This document shows, piece by piece, positions 18,695 through 26,031 of a DNA stretch of 64,000 nt (within the stretch, counting starts at the first letter, position 1; every line of letters starts with the position of its first letter). The notes below the pieces were generated by a model. The model made no database searches. It saw only the letters and a list, made by a program, of their open reading frames with translations, and had not been told where the DNA came from. Made by a program: the position numbers and the translations under genes. This DNA comes from Candidatus Liptonbacteria bacterium (GTDB lineage Bacteria; Patescibacteriota; Minisyncoccia; UBA6257; 2-01-FULL-56-20): assembly GCA_016867315.1 (NCBI GenBank), contig VGJV01000004.1, positions 37,431 to 101,430 on the forward strand, written 5' to 3'.

Positions 18695-19408
18695 ATGATA
18701 TTCTCATTGATAGAAACTGCAAAATCCGAGCGACGACAGCCAACTGGTAATGAAAAAGAGCAATTCCGGAGGCAGCTTCGGGATATGGAAGACCGGTATA
18801 TGGCGGGCGGCATGGTTCCTGGAAAGGGACTTACCGCCACTCTTCAAAAAATTTCAGAAGGGTGGGTACTCAACGAAGCGGGAATCGCGGTGCCAGAGCG
18901 ACAGCCAACCGAGCTTTTCCTGGATAAACCTATTCAGCACGCCCATCTCCAATTTATTTCGGAGTTTGAAGCGGAAATCCCTGTGGATGCCACACTCGAC
19001 AGCACTCCACGCACTGCATATTGCCCAGGCGGGTGGAATTCGAATATCACCGACTCGAATTTCCGCACCTCGCTTGTGCCGGGGAAGAAGTATATGGCCG
19101 AAGTCTATTGGCTGCGCCGGAACAAGAGTTCCGAATCCCTCGTAAAAATCGCTGATGAGCAAAAGCGAATCTTGCCGGGAGCTTTAGGCGGTGCAATCCT
19201 TACGAGCCGTTATGGAGACAAACTCCCGAAAGATTTCTGGGTAGTGTGTCTCGACAAGCCGGAAAACCTTTGGCGCGGTGCGGGCGTCTTGCTTGTCCCG
19301 TTCTTCCGCTGGGATGGCATCGGTTGGAACTTCTTCCTGAGCTTCTGGCTCGGCGTCTGGGATCAGGGCTTCTACATCGTGCTTTTCCGCGAGGTTTCAA
19401 ATCCTTAG
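18695..19408 (+). CDS. DGR target protein (variable region occupies the last about 40 codons)
   Basis: 237 aa ORF with AAGGAG RBS; its 3' end (19268-19390) is a near-repeat of a downstream template differing only at template adenines; W/G-rich C-terminal tail ending ...QGFYIVLFR. Confidence 0.8.
   Translation: MIFSLIETAKSERRQPTGNEKEQFRRQLRDMEDRYMAGGMVPGKGLTATLQKISEGWVLNEAGIAVPERQPTELFLDKPIQHAHLQFISEFEAEIPVDATLDSTPRTAYCPGGWNSNITDSNFRTSLVPGKKYMAEVYWLRRNKSSESLVKIADEQKRILPGALGGAILTSRYGDKLPKDFWVVCLDKPENLWRGAGVLLVPFFRWDGIGWNFFLSFWLGVWDQGFYIVLFREVSNP
19268..19390 (+). repeat. DGR variable region (VR)
   Basis: 123 bp aligned to TR at 19759-19881; about 23-25 mismatches, every one at a position that is A in TR; identical 3' segment TACATCGTGCTTTTCCGC then divergence (IMH-like). 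Confidence 0.85.
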
Positions 19409-19758
19409 TCCTTGGGACTTTGGATCAATTGAGCTTGGACCCTTGGGCACTTTGTGCTTGAGGGTTCTCGCATTTTTGTATACTGAATCTGGATAGTAGG
19501 CGAATATGCGCGCGGTCAAGCCTGCCTGCCGGTAGGCAGGACTTCGCGCTGCCGAATTCTCGATAGGCATGTGGAGAATCGCGCCGGGCAAGCCTGCTTG
19601 CTAGTAATGAGCCTTGCGCGAGAGGCATATGCACTTCGCAAAAAACTGAAACACTCGGTGCGCTTCGCTAAGTGATTAGATAATTTCGAGATCACGAATT
19701 CGATACAATCCCGAGAGCTTTCATAGAGGGATGGTGGCGCAGATGGCGCGGCGCACAT

Positions 19759-19881
19759 ATATGGCGCGATGCGAACGACTTGCATGTCCCGAACTTCAAC
19801 TGGAATGACAACGGTTGGAACTTCAACCTGAACATCTGGAACGACGACTGGAATCAGGGCAACTACATCGTGCTTTTCCGC
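19759..19881 (+). repeat. DGR template repeat (TR)
   Basis: Non-coding copy of VR rich in AAC codons (13 AAC/AAT/GAC codons); all VR/TR differences map to TR adenines. Confidence 0.85.
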
Positions 19882-19888
19882 TGCTGTT

Positions 19889-20285
19889 TCATTTCTCCTC
19901 CTTTCCGGGGGAGTTTTGCTTTATGAGTTGGTTATGCCACCCACCAAGCATCCGCCCGACTTCGGCAAGCGGTTCCGAAAGCACAATGTATTTTTTCTCG
20001 CCGAGTACTTTTATTTCCCACGCAAGTGCAAGGAGGCATTTCGCCGTGTCGAGCACCGTAATCGCGCGCTTTACATAGGATAATTTCTCGGATTTAGAAA
20101 GAAAGCACGCAGTTACGGTGTGCTCAATTGTAGCGATAAGGAGTGCGTCAATCCGCGCGGCGAGCGTGTAGCGCGAAGTTTTTGGAATTTCAGGCAGGCA
20201 TTCGTGCCAAAGCTTGTACGCGGAGGTAAGCTTTTGAAGTACGATTGGATGCCGTGGGGGGGGGGCTTTGAGGAATAAAATTCAT
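19889..20285 (-). pseudogene. avd: accessory variability determinant (avd), frameshifted in a G10 tract (intact 131-aa ORF if tract were G9)
   Basis: Minus-strand translation ...IVLQKLTSAYKLWHECLPEIPKTSRYTLAARIDALLIATIEHTV...AKCLLALAWEIKVLGEKKYIVLSEPLAEVGRMLGGWHNQLIKQNSPGKEEK*, with AEVGRMLGGW close to the Bordetella-phage Avd AEVGRILGSW region; ATG at 20283-20285 is in the -1 frame relative to this ORF across the homopolymer at 20256-20265. Confidence 0.7.
20256..20265. repeat. G10/C10 homopolymer tract inside avd 5' end and 21 nt upstream of the RT start codon
   Basis: gccgtGGGGGGGGGGctttgaggaataaaattcatATG; candidate slipped-strand or sequencing-indel site. Confidence 0.9.
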
Positions 20286-21248
20286 ATGTTTGAGAATATT
20301 ATCGCAGTCGATAATTTACTCGCGGCGTGGAAAGAATTTCTACGCGGCAAGCGCACAAAGCGCGACGTGCAAGAGTTTTCCCTGCACTTGATGGACAACA
20401 TCCTAACCCTTCACGAGGAACTTCGCAACGGCACCTACCAGCATGGCGCATACAAGCACTTTCGGATCTCCGATCCGAAACCGCGCGATATCCATAAAGC
20501 CACGGTGCGCGACCGATTACTCCATCACGCCATATACCAAGTCCTTTACCCCCACTTCGACACAAAACTTATCTCTGATTCTTTCTCTTGCCGCAATGAG
20601 AAAGGCACGCATCGCACGATGCACCGCTTCCGCGAGTTTGCGTACAGAGTAGGTCGCAATCACACGCGAACGTGTTGGGTATTGAAATGCGATATTAGAA
20701 AGTTCTTCGCTTCTATTGATCAAGAGATACTTATACGAATTCTTCGCACTCACATTAGGAACGAACGCACGTTGAATATTCTTGGAGTAATAATCAACAG
20801 CTTTTCTTCCGGTGAGCAAGGCAAAGGCCTTCCGCTCGGGAATCTTACTTCGCAACTTCTTGTGAATATCTATATGAACGAGTTTGATCAGTTTATGAAA
20901 CACAAACTTCACGCAAAGTATTATCTCCGCTACGCGGACGATTTTGTGATTCTTTCTCCAAACAGGCAGTGTCTAGAACTCATTATGCCGGAAATTGAGG
21001 CATTTCTTTGGAATCGCCTGAAGCTAAAACTCCATCCCGAGAAAGTTTTTATCAAAACCCTTGCCTCCGGTGTGGATTTCTTAGGATGGGTGCATTTTCC
21101 CGACCATCGCGTGCTGCGGACGGCGACGAAGCGGCGGATGTTCAAGAATGTGGCGAATAATGGAAAATCGGCAACGCTCGAATCGTATCGGGGGCTTTTA
21201 AGTCATGGCAATGCAAATAAACTTTCCGAGCAGCTTTTTTTGCGCTAG
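20286..21248 (+). CDS. DGR reverse transcriptase
   Basis: MFENIIAVDNLLAAWKEFLRGKR N-terminus, RT motifs incl. LPLGNLTSQLLVNIYMNEFD (DGR-type I/LGxxxSQ motif 4) and YLRYADDFVIL (YxDD); 321 aa; GAGG RBS 11 nt upstream. Confidence 0.9.
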   Translation: MFENIIAVDNLLAAWKEFLRGKRTKRDVQEFSLHLMDNILTLHEELRNGTYQHGAYKHFRISDPKPRDIHKATVRDRLLHHAIYQVLYPHFDTKLISDSFSCRNEKGTHRTMHRFREFAYRVGRNHTRTCWVLKCDIRKFFASIDQEILIRILRTHIRNERTLNILGVIINSFSSGEQGKGLPLGNLTSQLLVNIYMNEFDQFMKHKLHAKYYLRYADDFVILSPNRQCLELIMPEIEAFLWNRLKLKLHPEKVFIKTLASGVDFLGWVHFPDHRVLRTATKRRMFKNVANNGKSATLESYRGLLSHGNANKLSEQLFLR

Positions 21249-21345
21249 AATCGGGAGTAATCGCTAATATCGCGAATTGCTGACAAATAATGCAAATAGA
21301 TTCGCATTATTAAAATCAAGATTCGCATTATTCGCGAATACTCCT

Positions 21346-23805
21346 ATGAAATACGATTTCGGAAAAATCGAAAAAAAGTGGCAAAAAAAGTGGAAGGAAG
21401 AGGGGGTGTACGAGCCCGATCTCAAAAAATCCAAGCGCCCATTTTATAACTTGATGATGTTTCCGTACCCTTCTGCGGAAGGGTTACACGTAGGGAATAT
21501 GTATGCGTTCACGGGAGCAGATATTTATGGTCGCCTGAAGCGCATGCAGGGATATGACCTCTTTGAACCTATTGGCCTGGATGGTTTTGGAATTCACTCG
21601 GAAAACTACGCTTTAAAAATCGGCGCGCATCCGATGAAGCAGGCGGAGGTGTCCGAAGCGCGCTTTTACAAGCAGCTCGAAATGGTGGGAAATGGCTACG
21701 CCTGGGAAGAAAAGCTCGAGACGTATGATCCCGAGTACTACAGATGGACGCAGTGGCTTTTTGTGCAAATGTGGAAACACGGTCTCGCATATCGTAAGAA
21801 GCAGCCGGTGAACTGGTGCCCCTCCTGCAAAACCGTGCTTGCTGACGAGCAGGTGATAGACGGCAAGTGCGAGCGGTGTAGTTCGGTAGTCGAGAAAAAG
21901 AATCTAGAGCAATGGTTTTTTAAAATCACCGACTATGCCGATCGGCTTTTGAACAATGTAGAAAAACTCGACTGGTCGGAAAAAGTGAAAATTGCCCAGC
22001 GCAACTGGATCGGTCGGAGTGAAGGGGTAAATATAAAATCGCGAGTGAAAGACTTGAACATAGAATTTGAGGTATTCGATTCAGTCCCGCAGACATTCAT
22101 GGCGCAAACGTTCACGGTGATCGCGCCTGAGCATCCCTTAATTCCGGAACTCGTAAAAGGTACTGAACGCGAGAAAGAAGTGCTTGCCGCCGTGGACTCG
22201 ATGAAAAAGAAAAAAGTGAGCGGCGCATATAAAACCGAAAAAGAATTCGACGGGGTTTTCACGGGGCGATATGTGGATAATCCTTTCGGGACCGGAGATT
22301 TGTCGATTTGGGTGGCCTCGTATGTGGTTTTGGACTATGGCACGGGAATAGTGCACTGTAGTGCACACGACGAACGCGACTTTGCATTCGCGAAAAAGTA
22401 TGAGATTCCGTTACGACCGGTAATGTTTCCGACAGATAAGGTGCTGGCGGAGAAAGTTCGTAATGTAGAAGTATCATATGTGAAAGATCCAGAAGGGGTG
22501 ATGGAACAGCCAAAAGAATTCAAGGGAAGAAAATGGGGAGAAGTTCGGAATGACATAATCGAATTAATGGAAAAAAGAGGAATCGCGAAGCGGACGGTAA
22601 ATTTTCGTCTTCGCGATTGGCTCATCTCCCGTCAGCGCTACTGGGGCGCGCCGATCCCAATGATTCATTGCGACGCATGCGCCGCAGAAGGAAAAGGAGA
22701 ACAAAAAGATATGCCGGGCTGGTACGCGGCACCTGAAAAAGATTTGCCGGTGGCACTCCCGTATGTGGAAGATTTTCGCCCGCAAGGAAAAGGGGAGTCT
22801 CCGCTTGCCTCAGTCGAATCGTTTTACAAAGCGAAATGTCCCGGTTGTAAAAAGATTGCTCGACGGGAAACGGATGTGTCAGATACGTTCCTCGAATCCG
22901 CCTGGTATTTTTTCCGCTACCCTTCGGTGAAAGATAAAAAGCACGCCTGGGACCCGGCGATCACCAAGAAATGGCTACCGGTGGATATGTATATCGGAGG
23001 CGCGGAGCATTCGGTGTTGCACCTTCTCTATTCTCGCTTTGTCACGATGGCCATTCATGATTGGGGATTGGCCGAATTCGAAGAGCCGTTTAAAAAATTC
23101 CGAGCGCATGGCCTTTTAATCAAAGAAGGCGCCAAGATGTCGAAATCGAAAGGGAATGTAGTAAACCCGGATGAATATATTCAAAAATTTGGGGCGGACA
23201 CGCTGCGCATGTATCTCATGTTCCTCGCTCCTTTTGAGCAGGGAGGAGATTTTCGCGATGCGAGCATCTTGGGCTTAGAGCGGTTCTTGAAGCGAGTATG
23301 GGATTTGTCGCAAACCATACAAGACAAAAAAGAAGCTAAGAGTTTAGAGCCGGTGGTACATCGCACGATTAAAAAAGTTACAGAAGATATCGAGAATCTC
23401 CATTACAATACCGCGATCAGCGCCCTTATGATCCTCCTCAATGAATTCGAAAGTAAGTCATCGTCATTATCATGGCCATCGTTTGCAACTTTCCTAAAGC
23501 TGCTCGCCCCTTTTGCACCGCATATGACTGAAGAAATTTGGAGAGAAATGCTGAATAATAAAAAATCCATCCATCTCGAACCCTGGCCGGAATATGATTC
23601 GAAGCTTATTGTCGAGGACACCTTTACGCTTGTAATCCAAGTAAATGGCAAGGTGCGGGATACGGTAGAAAATGTGCAAACGAATATTTCGGAAGATGAG
23701 GCCAGGGCATTAGCGCTTTCTCGGGAGAAGGTGCGGGCATTTATGACAGGAGAACCCCGAAAAATTATCTACATTCCGAAGAAAATTGTTAATATAGTAG
23801 TATGA
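21346..23805 (+). CDS. leuS: leucyl-tRNA synthetase
   Basis: MKYDFGKIEKKWQKKW start, HVGNMYAFTGADIYGRLKRMQGYDLFEPIGLDGFG, KMSKSKGNVVNP; 819 aa; ORF track start 21277 is an upstream in-frame extension. Confidence 0.9.
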   Translation: MKYDFGKIEKKWQKKWKEEGVYEPDLKKSKRPFYNLMMFPYPSAEGLHVGNMYAFTGADIYGRLKRMQGYDLFEPIGLDGFGIHSENYALKIGAHPMKQAEVSEARFYKQLEMVGNGYAWEEKLETYDPEYYRWTQWLFVQMWKHGLAYRKKQPVNWCPSCKTVLADEQVIDGKCERCSSVVEKKNLEQWFFKITDYADRLLNNVEKLDWSEKVKIAQRNWIGRSEGVNIKSRVKDLNIEFEVFDSVPQTFMAQTFTVIAPEHPLIPELVKGTEREKEVLAAVDSMKKKKVSGAYKTEKEFDGVFTGRYVDNPFGTGDLSIWVASYVVLDYGTGIVHCSAHDERDFAFAKKYEIPLRPVMFPTDKVLAEKVRNVEVSYVKDPEGVMEQPKEFKGRKWGEVRNDIIELMEKRGIAKRTVNFRLRDWLISRQRYWGAPIPMIHCDACAAEGKGEQKDMPGWYAAPEKDLPVALPYVEDFRPQGKGESPLASVESFYKAKCPGCKKIARRETDVSDTFLESAWYFFRYPSVKDKKHAWDPAITKKWLPVDMYIGGAEHSVLHLLYSRFVTMAIHDWGLAEFEEPFKKFRAHGLLIKEGAKMSKSKGNVVNPDEYIQKFGADTLRMYLMFLAPFEQGGDFRDASILGLERFLKRVWDLSQTIQDKKEAKSLEPVVHRTIKKVTEDIENLHYNTAISALMILLNEFESKSSSLSWPSFATFLKLLAPFAPHMTEEIWREMLNNKKSIHLEPWPEYDSKLIVEDTFTLVIQVNGKVRDTVENVQTNISEDEARALALSREKVRAFMTGEPRKIIYIPKKIVNIVV

Positions 23806-24872
23806 GCGGCGGTCACGGTGGAGGAGGGGGAGCAAAGGGGGTAATCGCGATTCTCGCATTCCTCATTTTTTTGGTAGCGGCCGGGCTCGCGGTGATGTTT
23901 TTTCCGAAGCCGACCCTAAACCCTCCCGCTGAATTTGACCCGTTTAAGCCAGCCACGTCCACCAACTCCGGATTGAGAGTTGCGGGTCCCCGCCGCGCCG
24001 CGACAAGTTCTCCTGCTTCTGTTCCGATAAAGCCCTCGACGAGCACACAATCGAAGCCCTCTACAAAAACCAATCCGAATACCAATTTCACTCCTAACTA
24101 CAGCAATAACCCGGGCGAAACGGTCCTGGTGCCGATGGTACCGGTGAGTCCGTCGTCAGGATCGAATACGAACGGGGGATCCGAAGAGCCGCTCAATTTG
24201 CCCGTGGGGATTACTAAAGCGCAAGTATCTCCGTACTATGGGAAGGTTCGCGTAAGTTCTATCTCCCCGGGTGGTTTTGGCTATGCAGGCCAAGCTTCTC
24301 TTTCTGCAAATTTTGATGGGACATCCGCGATTAACGTATCCAACTGGCGTATTCAGGGGAATCGAGGCTCTCATTATATCCCTAAGGCCGTGAGGGTGTA
24401 TGAGCCAAATGGGCTTACTCCCGAAACTGATATTGCTATGCGAAACGGGGATTATCTCTATCTTTACTCCGGAGGTACCAGTGCGATAGGCAAAAACTTG
24501 AGATTGAATAAATGTTTGGGGTATCTGCCGAACATTGATGAGTTCGATCCCGCGGTACCGAAAGATTGTCCATACGTAGAGCGAAGTGAAATTTCGAAGT
24601 TTACCGGCCAGTGTCAGGAATATATCACCACCTTGGGCGCCTGCGGCATTCCGGATTTGAATGACGTCCGCGTTCCGCAAACTGATTATGCCTGCCGCAG
24701 TTATCTCGAAAATTTGAATTATCGAGGGTGCGTGGATCGCTACCGCGGCGATGCCGATTTCTTAAGAAATGAAGTAAGGGCTTGGATAGGCACTAATTTC
24801 CTGGATTCCCTCCACGACAAGGTATACCTCTACGACCGCCAAGGCTTGTTCGTGGATTACTATGAATACTAG
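23802..24872 (+). CDS. hypothetical membrane-anchored/secreted protein with S/T/P/N-rich linker and cysteine-containing C-terminal domain
   Basis: G-rich N-terminus plus TM helix, low-complexity PSTSTQSKPSTKTNPNTN region, 8 Cys in last 120 aa; overlaps leuS stop by 4 nt (ATGA). Confidence 0.45.
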   Translation: MSGGHGGGGGAKGVIAILAFLIFLVAAGLAVMFFPKPTLNPPAEFDPFKPATSTNSGLRVAGPRRAATSSPASVPIKPSTSTQSKPSTKTNPNTNFTPNYSNNPGETVLVPMVPVSPSSGSNTNGGSEEPLNLPVGITKAQVSPYYGKVRVSSISPGGFGYAGQASLSANFDGTSAINVSNWRIQGNRGSHYIPKAVRVYEPNGLTPETDIAMRNGDYLYLYSGGTSAIGKNLRLNKCLGYLPNIDEFDPAVPKDCPYVERSEISKFTGQCQEYITTLGACGIPDLNDVRVPQTDYACRSYLENLNYRGCVDRYRGDADFLRNEVRAWIGTNFLDSLHDKVYLYDRQGLFVDYYEY

Positions 24873-24948
24873 GAACAGAATCTAGAAAGTAGAAAATAGA
24901 ATCTAGTAGTTCATTCTAGATTCTAAATTCTAGATACTAGATTCTGGG

Positions 24949-26001
24949 TTATTTTCTCTCCGCTAAGGTTACCTGCATGCTGACTTTCTTTGTGCCGCGA
25001 AGGACAAGAAGGTGCAGTTTGCTGCCCACATTGAGTTTCTCCAAAAAGTCCTGGATCGCGTGCTCATGATCCACCTTGACTGCATTGCATTCGAGAATAA
25101 TGTCTTTTTCTTTAAGTCCTGCGACCGCCGCGGGACTGCCGGGAATAACGCCCGTCTCGCTTGTGGAGTCATGAATAATGAGCGCGCCATAACTTACGGG
25201 TAAGCTCATTTTTTCCTGCAGACGTTCATCGATGATGAGGTAGCGCACTCCCAAAAGTGGCTTCCGAATATGTCCATACGTTTTTAAGTCGTGTAAATCG
25301 CGTCGGGCAGAGTTTATGGGAATCGCGAAACCGATGTTTTGAGCGCCAAATACGATCGCTGTGTTGATCCCAATAGCTTTGCCATCGAGGCGCACCAAAG
25401 GGCCGCCGGAGTTCCCGGGATTGATAGCCGCATCGGTCTGAATAAGTCCCCGCAATTCCTGCGGCGCCGCATTGGGTTCTGGCTGGGCAGCAATGGAGCG
25501 GGAGAGCCCGGAGACGATTCCTAATGAAACCGTGTTCCGGAAAATTCCCAAAGCATTGCCGATAGCAATGACCTCTTCGCCTAATTCCACAGACGTGGCG
25601 TCTCCCATCTCGATCACGGGCAGATTATTTTTAGGAGGAATGATGGAGATGATAGCGACGTCGTTTACAGGATCCCGGCTCAAAACATTTGCAGGATACT
25701 TTTCGCCGTTCGAGAGCACCACCGTGTATTCCGCCTTAGGGTCGCTAATCACATGTTTATTGGTGAGGATCACCCCCATAGATTCCACGATAAATCCGGA
25801 GCCGCCTCCCACAGTCACCATGCCCCGCTTGTCGATCAAGGCATCGGGGATTTGAAGATGTTTCCCTTGCGGGCCGCTCGGCAAAAAGGGTTGAAGTTCA
25901 GGCGGAATTTCTTTTTCCAAATCTTCGAGGTGTTTTGCAATGACAATCGAAACCACCGCCGGAAGGGTTTTCTTAATCGTAGCAACCACTTTGTTTTCCA
26001 T
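24949..26001 (-). CDS. htrA: HtrA/DegP-family serine protease with C-terminal PDZ domain
   Basis: Trypsin-like catalytic motifs incl. AINPGNSGGPLV; C-terminal PDZ-like region. Confidence 0.8.
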   Translation of the reverse strand: MENKVVATIKKTLPAVVSIVIAKHLEDLEKEIPPELQPFLPSGPQGKHLQIPDALIDKRGMVTVGGGSGFIVESMGVILTNKHVISDPKAEYTVVLSNGEKYPANVLSRDPVNDVAIISIIPPKNNLPVIEMGDATSVELGEEVIAIGNALGIFRNTVSLGIVSGLSRSIAAQPEPNAAPQELRGLIQTDAAINPGNSGGPLVRLDGKAIGINTAIVFGAQNIGFAIPINSARRDLHDLKTYGHIRKPLLGVRYLIIDERLQEKMSLPVSYGALIIHDSTSETGVIPGSPAAVAGLKEKDIILECNAVKVDHEHAIQDFLEKLNVGSKLHLLVLRGTKKVSMQVTLAERK

Positions 26002-26031
26002 ATTAATATTCTACCATTTCGTACTTTCGTA

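Noticed and set aside
19815-20078. Plus-strand 87-aa ORF between TR and RT
   Set aside because: It is the antisense of the clearly Avd-like minus-strand frame and has low-complexity, non-helical composition. It is a spurious antisense ORF.
18695-24872. Prophage context for the DGR
   Set aside because: No capsid, tail, terminase or integrase genes flank the DGR. The neighbours are a membrane protein, leuS and a secreted hypothetical protein. It is treated as a chromosomal, cellular DGR.
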